A DNA stretch of 60,960 bases, counting the filler, from Basidiobolus ranarum (Eukaryota), in assembly GCA_040143965.1 (NCBI GenBank). It is 6 parts of 6 records of this genome, joined end to end, with 100 filler letters (N's around TTAATTAATTAA, not from the genome) between each part and the next. Parts side by side here need not be neighbours in the genome. Positions count along the whole stretch, not along the records: positions 20,377 to 30,456 come from JASJQH010007619.1; positions 30,557 to 40,632 come from JASJQH010007620.1; 4 more parts are not named here. The stretch is one strand, 5' to 3'. Made by a program: the position numbers and the translations under genes. Shown here in pieces: positions 25,139 through 37,059 of the stretch. Numbering within the stretch: the stretch's first letter is position 1; every line of letters begins with the position of its first letter. The notes under the pieces were generated by a model. The model ran no database searches, had not been told where the DNA came from, and saw only the letters and a program-made list of their open reading frames with translations.

Positions 25139-27913
25139 TCACATCAACAAAGATTCATTTTCATCATATTGTTGTAAAGCATTGTTAACCAACTGTAAGA
25201 CATAGTCATTTTGTGAGTCCCAAATATTGGATACCAAACTTGACTCTGTGTAAATGTGCTGTGTTTCTTTTTGCAATAATGGTGCAGGATTTTGAGTATT
25301 TACCAGAGGACTATATGTTGACTCCTTAGTTCCTGTCCCAACATTTGGACTTCTGCCCAATGGTAGGGTCTTGTTTGAATTGCAGTTAGATATAATGGTG
25401 ATACCCAGCAAGAATTGATTTTTGTTATTCTCAGGTTGGTAAATATACATCTCCATTTCTTTCAAACAATCATGTAGTGTCCAGGTGAATAATGCAACTC
25501 CTTTGTGGTTTTCTGGTGCAAAAAAATCATCAGATTTTTGACAGTAGCTCTTATAAGCATCTATGCTAGTCCTTCTTGTGATCTGCATGGATGTGTGAGT
25601 AGTAAACAAGTGGAGACTATTTGGATACGGCCTACTACTTCTATTTGCATATGATTTTCACATGAGGTAAAATTATTAAATGACATGTGTCACTGTTGCA
25701 AATAAGTGATGGAAAAGAATTGCATGCGGTACAAATGAATATATTTAGCTATGAACACATTGGCCAAGATACTACATTTGACTGATCAGATTGATTTGAA
25801 GATTTTGTAACTTCAGTATTTATTTGCTATATGGTTGGGGTCAACTCTTTTGCTTAGCCATAAATTCCAATTTGCTGATGAATTTCTGGGTATACTATTT
25901 ATTTGCTATAAAGTCAACCCAAACTGTATAGCATAGCCATCAATCATAAAATTGCTGAACATGTTTATCTCAGCAGCTGTCACTCAGTTAATGATGTGCT
26001 TAAGACCAAAGAAGTACACTGCATGTTTGATACCCCTACCAGCAGTTCCTAGCTTAAATATATATGATACTCTTTAAAAGCCTTTGGTAGACTTGTGTTA
26101 AAGATATAATTTGATTATTTGGAGTTCACAATTTGAGATAATAACCGGTTAACACTCTCTCAAATTCACTTGGCCTAATATTATATTCTTGTTTGACCAG
26201 GTCTTCTATATTGTCAGCTGTGATTTGCTCTGGATCATCAAGGATATTGTAGTTATCTTCAAGAAACATTTTGAGTATATTACTTTGCCCCCAGAATTCA
26301 TTAGTGTTGTTGATAAATGATTTGCACTAGTTAATAAGCTGGTGTTAGTGGAATAAGAATGCCCCATGGAGTACCCAGCATAGAAAATCACACCACATAT
26401 CTAAAGATTTAATTATGTCCACCCTTTTGAGGTTTCCTCTTTTTCTAAATCTTGTTTCTACTTCATCCTCTTTCATAAGCAGATTGAAGTAAATATTGAA
26501 ATGGATCACTTGGATTTGGGAGACCACTGATGGCTCCAGGGCTATACCAGCAATTACATTGGCAGTGCTTAAAAATGTAAACATTGGTATCTGTATGACA
26601 AAAGTATCTCTGTGGTATGTTGCTCTAACAACTATAGCATCACTGCCTTTATATTGTTTGAATTTCACAAAATCCAATTCTCCTTTTGCACTAAGCTTGG
26701 CAAAAATTGCACACCAAGCTCCTATTGATCCCATCAGTTGGGCTATGTGCACATTTTCAGCAGATCAAACATTCTTACAAATAATCTTCTTATCCAAGTT
26801 AGTTATCAGATTACTTATGTTTTCAAATATAGTGTTCCCTGCCCAATGACCTGGACTTGACCCTTGCAACCTTTCATTGATTGTTTCCAGCTTCAAGAAA
26901 TCCCATCTGTTTGAGCAATTTTGGTACAACTCTGCAGGGTCAATAAGCTGCTTATTTTCATCAAGTGTGGTTGTGCCATTACATTCACCAATAAGAACAT
27001 ATTTTAGCAGGCAGCAGAATAACCCTTTACCATTTCTTCCCAACCCATAGAAAAAAATGACTTTATGGAGATTTACTTTGCCACTAAGGCTCTATCTAAG
27101 AAACATTTGTAAGTCCCTGATGAATTTGCAATATTCATTGTCTTTGTGATCCAAGAAGAGCTCCCAAAGAAATGGTTCAAGTGTAGGTAATGGCAAGGCA
27201 ATAACTCTCTCTAGGGAATCCTTGCCTCTCCATGGGGTTTGGATTACTTGTGATATATATAGACTTGGTATTGGGCAAAGGAATTTTCCTGCTTCAAGAT
27301 TCAAGTAACAATTTCCTATTACTAACCAACCTTTTCTGCTAGGGCCATCAATCAGCACAGTTGCCACTGTGAATATAACTTACATGTGAGTTAAAGCAGC
27401 TTGAACCACTGCAATGTTTCTTACTTGATGTAGAAGCTCCTCCATTGCAAAGTCTGTACATTTTAACAGCTTTTTCATCAAACTTACAGCTTGTTGTTGC
27501 CCATTAGCTAGTCAATATTCCTTCCCTTTGTTAAAATTGCTCTGTAGACTGGTGATGTAAAGTTCTAGAAAGCTTGATATTTTATATGTTGGATCCCTTG
27601 TTGGTTCCCAAATCACACCATTCCACAGGAGCCATGCTTTAGTGGTTTTTATAAGTTTCTTAATTCCACTCTCTGATCCAACTAAACATTTTATCAGCCA
27701 AATTATTACTGATGTCATGTTACAAGATATTATCACCACATTGTAAATGACATCAGTTGGTATCCAGCATGGTGTGAGTGTAAATCCATAATGATCACCA
27801 TAATGCTCTGTTATATCAGTAATGGTACCATTAATACAATTGAGATCCAAGTACTTGTGTTTCAATTTTTCTAAAGCCAGATAAAAAGTCACTATCAGGA
27901 AGACCTTCTGCAC
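25139..27913 (-). pseudogene. D5/P4-family SF3 primase-helicase pseudogene (D5_N + SF3 ATPase + C-terminal region)
   Basis: ORF-track pieces 27512-27913, 27092-27367, 26765-27043, 26345-26752 and 25139-25609 share one frame, and the first four are separated only by in-frame stops. Motifs: WLLWNGVIWEP and GNCYLNLEAGKF..P.PSLYISQ (D5_N), LSGKVNLHKVIFFYGLGRNGKG (Walker A), LDFVKFKQYKGSDAIVVRATY..PMFTFLSTAN..IQVIHFNIYF (motifs B'/C), FLCWVLHGA..EF..SNILKMFLED. Confidence 0.8.
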
Positions 27914-29239
27914 TCAACATTTCTATCACAAGATCCATTGACATATATTTCCATACAAGTACTGTACCATATGACCAAAGAGACACCCCATTTGGACAAG
28001 GTATGGGAGAGGAAGGTTATAATCCATACAGATAGGTATTAGGAAATGTTTTACTTCACAGTTTTACTTGCATGATCATAAGTCCATTTTCCTCTGTGTA
28101 TCTCACAGCATCATACTCCCTTGGACAACTCCAGAAAAAGGATCTCAATATACCTGGACCTCAAGGAAACCTTGCTATAATTGGGTGTGATTGTATAGTA
28201 AAATGACTGCCATGGCCTGTATTACTTCCTTTTTTCAAAACTTCAGATAGAGCAAAATGAGGCCAAACTCCAATTTTTATCACATGCACTCTTTTTGTTC
28301 TACTCTTGGAAGGGCCAAGTTTGTTATTGTAACTGGAGCTGGCTGATAAAACATCTGCACACCCAACCTGAGCACAAAGCCCACCAGTATACCATGGACT
28401 TCCTTTCATTTGTCTTTAATATATGGAAGTAAAGCACATATTTGGTTATAAGTACTATGATAAGTTGGAAAGTGGTCCAGGTCTGTGTAGGTTGATATAG
28501 TATTCATAGAAGAATCTTCTTCTAACAAGGTTGCATCTCCAGAATACTTAGAGCTGTGCAAGATACAAAAAGTGCAATTTGTACTATAACAATTGAATCT
28601 GGTTGCTTTTGTTGGAGAAATAAACTAGCTTGAATTTCACCTTCAATAGCCAATTTTACAAGCCTTGCATTAGGGTTTAAAGGAATTGGGCTTCTTGGAG
28701 AATATTTGCAAGATTAAAAATGCAATTGACCTCTTGCATATATGTAATAACATACCAAGAATATTTGTAGTACCCATTATCCTTATAGGGGCAATGATCA
28801 CAAGCCCAGCATAAATTGCCTTCCATTATTTCAAACTCAATGAACTCAGAATAGTGCTCATTAAAAACTCTTATATATACCTGGGTATAGATGTTCTGGT
28901 AAGGGTAAGAGAGGGTAAGGATGAAAAGAGGGGGTCTGGGGGATGCAGTCCTCCCAGTATAAAAAAAAATATCCACTATAATAGGGTGGCACAAGTGACT
29001 ACTAAAGATTAACGTGGTGATTACAGACAAGCCACTGCACATTACAATTACTCGAGAGAAATACAATGGCTATACTTTATGATAACAGCTGACATGTCAA
29101 CATTTACAAAGTATACAATTGATGAAAGATGAGAGTAAAGATCATGACTAGGTATGATAGTTGATATGATGAAGCAAGCATCATTTCTTCCTTAGCTATA
29201 TAACTATCAACATATCTTCACAAAGATGCTTTATTTAAA

Positions 29240-30074
29240 GGTACAAGGAATATCACACCACAAAAATATCAAGATTACTTCCCACATCTATCTACTAGAA
29301 GAGACAAAGTTAGTGTTCAAAGTGGGACAATAGCAAACCAACAGTCCCAAAACCCAGTGGTGCCTAATGGGAACCAAACTATCCATGCATTGGGCACTGT
29401 AGAACAACTGGCTGTGAACAGGCAACAAAATGCCCAAAATTCTACTGTTCTTTGAAGAAATAGTGTGGAGGCAACTAATGCAATTTGCCAGCTTCTGCAC
29501 CACAGTATAAGCATTCTCCAGTACCAAGTTATATATATAGCACTCTGCAAATTGGAGAGAATGCTGGTGTTAGTGCCAGAAAGCAAACATTTAACACCTA
29601 CTCAAGTCAGTGAGTACATGACTTTTATTCTTTCAATGACTTACATCAGTCCCAACCAAATAACAATGAGTCATAATGTGAAAGTAAAATATAAACAAAT
29701 TGTCAACAATCTTTGGGACTTGTGCAGAAATAAGCTTCAAGTTTAAATCCAAACATTAGCTCTCATAGTTACATATAAATGTCCAATAGCAGTCAGAAGA
29801 GATAGCCATCCACCTCATCTGACTGATAGGCAATCAACTCCTACAATAGCACACACATCCAACAAACCATCTACTGCAGGCCTTCAATCATCACAACCAG
29901 AAAACCAAAGAAGAGGTAGAAGATATTGAGAAAATATGGGCTGTTTGGAGGAACTTTAGAAAAGTGCAGTTGTGAATAGCTTTGTGAGATAATGGTTTAT
30001 TGTCCAGAAATAAAGCATTTATACTTCTTGGTGGAAATACAGAAAACCAACACTGGGGTTGTGTTCCGAACATC
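29240..30074 (+). pseudogene. Decayed ORF of unknown function, divergent from the helicase gene
   Basis: Long reading frame (…QDYFPHLSTRRDKVSVQSGTIANQQSQNPVV…EATNAICQLL…NLWDLCRNKLQV*IQTL…) broken by isolated stops and cut by the LTR at 30075. No recognisable motif. Confidence 0.35.
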
Positions 30075-30456
30075 TGTGGGAGTAAAATGAGCTAGCTTTG
30101 GGGCAATTTAGACAAGTTTGAAATTTCCAATATGGAATTGCTAATTCTCACATTATTCACATATATACAATATATGTTCCAATTCTCAGCTAAGCAATAT
30201 TTGACTAAGTAAAGTTAACTAACTTATATGTGATATATGAAGTAGTTAGGTGTATAAAGATAGAGATAACAAATATGATAAAGACAACAACCTCAACACT
30301 CCCACTCAACTAAATATTCATATATCTTAATCCTAACTTAAATCTTAATTCTTCAAATTTAGACTTGGGTAATGGTTTGGTAAGGATGTCAGCAATCATG
30401 TCCTCAGTTGGACAGTACTCCAGTTGGATGTGCTTACTCTCAATAGCTTCCCTAAC
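30075..30456 (-). mobile_element. 3' end of a second Ty1/copia family (family B): RNase H C-terminus, PPT, 3' LTR 30075-30298
   Basis: Minus-strand VREAIESKHIQLEYCPTEDMIADILTKPLPKSKFEELRFKLGL*, then purine tract GAGTGGGAG and a ~224-bp TGTTGAGG...CCCACA LTR unrelated to family A. Confidence 0.9.
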
Positions 30457-30556
30457 NNNNNNNNNNNNNNNNNNNNNNNNNNNNNNNNNNNNNNNNNNNN
30501 TTAATTAATTAANNNNNNNNNNNNNNNNNNNNNNNNNNNNNNNNNNNNNNNNNNNN
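30457..30556. other. Artificial contig spacer
   Basis: 44N-TTAATTAATTAA-44N. Confidence 0.97.
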
Positions 30557-32635
30557 ATGACGTAAGCAACCTATGAGTAGTTCGTCATTAAGTGCATGAT
30601 CTCTCCTGATACCTTCGACTATTTAGGAAATTGATAGATTAGGTGAGAGCCATGGGGCTTACATAATATTTATTGACCCAAGCTAAATAGATAACATGCT
30701 GAGAAACGTGATCGTTCTTCATATATACTTGGCACAACTCCTCACCGGAAATATTATAGTAGAAGAATTATGTAGCCCAATAACCCATTAATTAGTGGTC
30801 CCTTGCTTTCTATTTCTATATTGAACATCCTTTAGGATATGTTAAGGGGAACAGTATCATTGATTAGTTAAAACTGCTACATGTCTGTTAGGGAGGTATA
30901 CCCAAGTGCTCAGGTGAGGATTCGACTGCAGATAATCACAGGATATGTCATTTCTTGACCAGTTTTCGTTTTCAGAGGATGGTTGAACAAGTAACCTAAT
31001 TCCTGGACTTAAATGAGCAATATAAAGATAAATTAGAAATTACAACAAAAAATGGTGCTGTGATATATGTATTTAGCCAACTAGTTTCTAATTGTTAATT
31101 GTTTTGAGGCATATGCTAATTGACCAGCTCGCTTGAAATATAGCAAATAGATCAGTTAAAGATAGGTTTTCCTGGGCTTTTGATCAACTCACAACCCCAC
31201 AAAAGTATATCGGCCCTATCACCTTAATAAAGGCGAAACGGGGTACAAGCCACACTCTCAGCTTTAAACAGGTGTTCAATATTGTATTTCTTTGATAATG
31301 ATTAGGATTGACAACGAATGCCATGTTCTAAGAAAAGCATCTGAGCTCGCAGCTGTAGTATATGCCTGACAACGTGTGCATACAAGTGTGTTTAAACCGG
31401 TTTATATAGGGAAGGGCTCCACTTGATTGTACCCCGCTCATATCAAAGGAGTTGTTGGGGAGCCTCGGGATGAGATTCGATAAGCCATTACCTGAGTGTT
31501 GGAGTATCACTAGCGAGAACTGGTACCAATCCCGATTCACAGCTATTGACATGTGCAGTGCACTTGCTAGCTGGCAGGAAAGACATGTCTTCTATCATGG
31601 AAGAAAAGTGCGAGATAGCGTGCTAGTCATCACCATCCGTGTAAGTAAAACTAACTCAAAGAGACTAACCCAGTAAGGTGCACGAGCGACAGGTAAAACA
31701 TAGAATATAGTAACTTGGCACTCTTTTGTGAATCATAAATCGCTGAAGCGCTTTGCATGAGACAAGTTTAACCCGAAAGGCGTCCGGTGTAATACTAAGT
31801 GACAATAGTATTATTAAAAGTCCCAGTTGATCTCCGGGATCTCGGAAATCACTGATGTTTTCATCATCAAAAAGATCATTTCGCTTCTTACATATATGAT
31901 GCTGAATTTAGCAATAGAAACTAAGGACAAATAAATCTAATTCAGCCACAAATTCAAGTTAGCCTGGGACCTATCCAATAAACAAAAGCCCTCCTGTGTT
32001 TTAACTTACAACCCATCATTTTTGCTCAATATTTCCTGCGTTTCACCGCTTCTCGCTACTTCAGAGATTGCTGCCTATAGTGTCCAGTATACAATCAACT
32101 TGTTCTTACTCTTATAGGACTTTTCTTTTCTGACGTGTACTTACATTTGTACACTGCATTGATCTTCGTAGCTTTTCTGTGATCCTTCAAATCATGTCTA
32201 TCGTTAATTGCCGTCAATTGTATAGGACATTGGAGAATACGCACCGAAAATCTCAGTGGCTAAAATCACCGATCATTTGGTGATGCATCTCAACCCACCC
32301 GTGTTTATTGTACTTGGACTACATGATCTACTGGTTTTCGCTTATGCATGATTTTTGGTACTAACTTGCCTCACTTGTTTTATTTCCCTCTTTTATCAGT
32401 CATTGCTCATGTACCCTATTTCAGGGGAGTTGGTGACTATCATTTCTGTGGAGAGTATATTTAATCTCAGCTTGCCCTTCCAATCGACTAATACTCACTC
32501 CAAATCTCATCTGTCCATCTAAGTCTTTGATTGATCTGAGAATAGCCTTTGTATTCGCAACGTTCATCTCTGTTACATATCCTTCTATATTTTCACTCTA
32601 CATCGATCGGTTGTCGAAGGTAAAGGACCATAAAT

Positions 32636-33696
32636 ATGACCCGTCCTAGTTCAAGAAAGAAGAATGCTCCAGTATCTTCCAAAGCAATTAGCAAGATCAA
32701 GTTTCTCGAGATAGACGGAATGGAAATGGCATGCCAGTTGACCATTTTGGATTCCTTTCTCTTCAATCGAATAACACCGATAGAGTGTATCTACAAAGCG
32801 TGGTGTCAGAAGGAAGAGTGGATGGCTTCAAACATTAAAATGAGCCTTCGAGTTCATCGCCAGGTAATTTATCGTCATCAAAGTTTACATGGCTCGTCAA
32901 TATCTCAGAACTTAACAGTAGACAATGTCTTCCTTTATTAGATTACTAATTGGTTTGCCAGGGCCATCCTGCTAGAGAAAGACACTATCAGAAGGATCGC
33001 GCTTATTGAGCATATCATCAATATAGCCAATGTAAATATACTTGAATGCAAAGCTCAAACCTTCTTTTGTACTCACACTGCTCATAATAGCGATGCAACC
33101 TTCTCTTTAATTTTAACACCACTATGGCCATTTTGAACTGTTTATCCTTAAAGCAAGTTCAAAACCTTAAGCAAACGTGGCAGGTAACTACGATTTTGAG
33201 TGGGTTTCTCTCCAGATATTTAGCTGATTTCCTTGCGTACCTTAGTTTGTTAACCCAAAAGCTAAAGCTACGCTAGAGCATCTTTATCGCTTTATGGATC
33301 CAAACACTAACTTTAGGGAATATCGGGATAGAATAATAAGACTTGCTCAAGAACACACCATCGTCACAGTTCCTTTCTTAGGTGGACCAATCATTCTATT
33401 AGTACTCTTCGTGGCATATTTACTAACTATTCGTTATCGATCGATAAGAACTGATATTACAAGATTATGAAGAGAAGCCGGAATTTGATGCGTCAGACAT
33501 GATTGAAGAGATTGAGACTTTTCAGCACACATATAGCATACCAGTCATTCCCGAAATACAGGCGTTTATCGACCTATGTCTACGTGAGCACGGCCATCAG
33601 AAGGATTTCGATCGATTGGCGGTTATGCTAGATGAGGACATCAATGATGAGAACCTATATCTCTTTATGCTGGGTAATCCCCGTCTCAGTTCTTAG
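32636..33696 (+). CDS. Minimal RasGEF (CDC25-homology) domain protein; 5 exons (32636-32863, 32942-33031, 33091-33183, 33245-33381, 33449-33696)
   Basis: EMACQLTILDSFLFNRITPIEC, ITNWFARAIL, NFNTTMAIL, LKQTW, LMDPNTNFREYR, VPFL and IETFQ motifs; canonical introns preserve the frame. Confidence 0.85.
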
Positions 33697-34348
33697 TCAG
33701 GCGAGACTGGATACATCCAATGTTTTGGAATAACCACTCCTTATGAATATAGAGTTCTCGTTATTTCTTTATTACCGGGTTTTTTCGAGTACATCACACT
33801 CAGTAGTAATAGCCAGTCAGATGGCGATATGACCCACATATGGTTTCAAACATGAAATACTGGTTAGAAAACTCCATAGTTACAAGAAACCTAATACCAT
33901 TATCGAAGTAAAATGCTTAATATACAAAGCAGTCAAGTTCTTTTTCCGAATGTAACATAACATAGAGCCATCACTACTTGCCCAGGTTGAGAAATTATCC
34001 ATCTAATCCTTGATTGATTTTGCTTTCCCCAGTTTCATTTAATCCGGTTCCAAAAGTAAACAATCCTTGAACATCTCTTTCACACATTCAATCTCTGATT
34101 TAATTGTAGGATCATTAGGATTACCGCAAGGTATGGCCCTCGTAGAGTAGGAGGGTCTGAAACCTGAGCTGACCGTGCAGTGTGATTTTGCCTTCATGAT
34201 GTCTTATGGAGCAATCCAATCAAGTAAGATGTCTGACTTATCTTTGCAGAGAAAACGTACTGCATACTTGCTTGAATGGGTAGAACAGATTTATTGATAG
34301 TTTAAGCATAATAATCTATCAATTGCAGATAGATACAGTATAGTCGAT

Positions 34349-35939
34349 TCATAACTTGGGAATGTAAGGAAATGGAGGTAGTGATTGGAGATCAAATGGT
34401 TTCCTATAGATCGTCACAACACATGCTGAACCGAGACCAAAATTGTGTTGCAATGCGGTATGTGCATTTGGTACTTGTCTCTTACCTGCTAGATTTCTTA
34501 ATTGCCAGCATAGTTCAGCACACTGTGCCAACCCAGTAGCACCAATTGGATGTCCTTTGGACTCCAGTCCACCTGATGGATTAACTACCCAGCGGTTACC
34601 TAACACAGCGAATTCGCCGCCATGCTCGTTGGTCTCCCAAGTCATTTCGTCTACTAGTTTCCCAGCCTCACCAGGTTTACATAGACCTAACGCCTCATAC
34701 ATGATAAGTTCTGTAGAAGAAAAACAGTCATGAAGCTCAATCACGTCCATGTCTTTTGCGGAGTAGCCCGTCTCTTCATAACACGCCTGCGCGGCTCTTT
34801 GTGCCATGGAGTATCCACAAAGATTAGTCAAATCAGTGTCAAATGAGTCGGAAGTATCGGTAGTCATATGTTGAGCCAGAATCTCAACCGCCTTAGATTG
34901 TAAGTTATGAGTTCTGACAAATTCTTCAGAACAAACCAATACCGCAGCTGATCCATCAGCCGTAGGTGCTGCCATAGGAGAGGTAATGAAGTCCGCTAAT
35001 AACTTTCTTTGACTCTTTATCAAATCAAGAGGAATCTCCCCTCGAACCATAGCATGGGGGTTATGGGTAGATTGTTTATGATTTTTGTAGCTAATTTTGG
35101 CCACTTGATCAAAGGTTGTGCCATAGCGTTTGGAGTGTTCAACGGCAGCTCCACTAAACATATTAATTACTCCCGAGGTCATACTATTCATATTTTCAGA
35201 TATAGGATTATTAGTACCACCCAGCTTCGATACCGCATCAAAATGACGCTGTACGGGAGATTCACGATCCGTGTATTTAATAGTCAGACCTCGCTGAGGT
35301 TTGAAACAAAGAAATTCAATAAGAATTCATGATTTAAATATACACAGGTGTACGGCCTATTACCTCCATTTTTTCAAAGCCAATGGCTATAGTGCATTGA
35401 TATCCACTTCGTATTAAATTTCGGGCCAACATCAAGGCAGAAGAGCCGGAACTGCAGTTGTTATTTACGTTAAATATTGGTATCCCTGTTAAGCCAAGCT
35501 CATAAACCGTTCGTTGTCCTAGATAAGTAGACTTGATAGGTGGTTCTTTAATATATATTTGGAAACGAGTCATTTACCGCAAGTAGGTTCGCCGTAACAA
35601 TAACTGCAAACGGCAGCATCTACCAACTCAAACTTTATTCCAGCATCTGCCAACGCTTTTTGACCAGCCTCCTTGCCCAACTCTACAAAATGTCACGGTA
35701 AAGCTCAAAAAATAAGTATAAAAAAGACAGAATTATACTTATTCAAGGTAAAGTGACCAAAGTACTCCTTATCAGTAGTTAAAGGACGTTCAAAGCTACA
35801 ACAAAAGACGATTATTTTCGCTTCTTGAATCATACTGAACAGTAGACAGTTGTTTTCTCTGCAAGGTGACAAGCATAAAAATAGAAAGAATGTGTATTTA
35901 CTCTGTTAAGCCAACGCCGACTACGAAAGTACGCCTCAT
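34349..35939 (-). CDS. SCP2/SCPx-type thiolase (no fused SCP2 domain), multi-exon, C-terminal PKL
   Basis: N-terminus [12 protein letters not shown] (ATG at 35939); catalytic Cys in [38 protein letters not shown]. Confidence 0.93.
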
Positions 35940-36438
35940 CAATAAATGTCTATCAGAGAATAACAGTTGCTCTTCAGCAGATATCAACCAAACTGAAATT
36001 CCTGAATAAATCGAAGACGGTCACTAAAAGTAGTCCCTAAGAACTGACCCTTTTCTCACATTTTCACATGACGTTTCTGCCATTAGCGATCAAAACTACC
36101 GATTTTAAAGGAATCTGATTGTTATGAATTGGAGTGATGTGGAGTTTAGCCATTTCAGATATAGGACGAAAAGCGCAGTCACTAGTTAGAGTTTGATATG
36201 TATGAATATGGACTAAGTTAACCATAACTTTGTTTTTACTTTAATTGTATTATTCTGGAAACAAGCTTAATGTAGTACAAAACTCATTACTTGATTGATG
36301 AAGTGGTCCAGAAAATTCACAAAAAATGATTCACATGAAAATCCCATGTTAAGATTGATTTACACGTCATATGTAGAGGTAATCAAAGAATGTTTTGCTT
36401 TGCGTGTGTATGGAAAAGTATTCTTCAGAAGGGTACTT

Positions 36439-37059
36439 TTAAAATATTGTGATAACAGCCACACTTCCAACCAACCCAACACAGCCACATAATCGTAATA
36501 TTGTCGCTTTCCTTTTCGGCACCCCTAACAGCCCGAAATGGTCTATAATTACTGAAGTAATTGCTTGTGCGCTCACCACGATTCCAAGGACTGTACCGGC
36601 TCCGAGTTTTGGCGTTATTAGAATATTGAGGAAGACAAAGAATGCGCCTAGAATTCCTCCTATCCAACCCCACCATGGTACCTCTAAAATCCCCATTTAT
36701 ATGATATAATATTGTGAGCAAGTGTTCGGAGTGTGAACCACTATTTGGATGGTCTTACTTTTTAAGTTGGAAAAGTCGAATTTGGTGCCGAACTTCGTAT
36801 CTACTGAGAAATATATCGACATAAGAATAAAACTTTCGGTAAAAGAAATGGTTGCTGATAATGATCTTCCAATATGGCCACCAAGTGTTGCATTTACACC
36901 TACACGAATTGATACAAACTTGCGCGGTGAGTACTAGATTGTCATCGATTGAATTTTCAATAACCAGTGATTGAAAGAAATGAGCATTCCACCTGCTTGA
37001 AGACCTAAGCAGATTCCACCTGCTACAACCAACGGATAAACCAAAAGCTTGTCAAGCAT
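36439..37059 (-). CDS. DMT-superfamily transporter, YdcZ/DUF606 type; 3 exons
   Basis: Spliced MLDKLLVYPLVVAGGICLGLQAGVNATLG...VPWWGWIGGILGAFFV...PKLGAG...QAITSVIIDHFGLLG, the characteristic YdcZ motifs. Confidence 0.88.

Larger units (their letters stand above)
24185..30074. mobile_element. Unclassified decayed virus-like or self-replicating element carrying a D5/P4-type primase-helicase
   Basis: Non-copia, intron-free, strongly CpG-depleted segment between a truncated copia pol and another copia LTR. Contains a long decayed minus-strand ORF with SF3 helicase motifs and a divergent plus-strand ORF remnant. Confidence 0.6.

Noticed and set aside
34443-34733. Antisense or alternate-frame ORFs over real genes (also 1276-1680, 36449-36709, 49168-49578, 52020-52706)
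   Set aside because: Shadow ORFs of well-supported genes.
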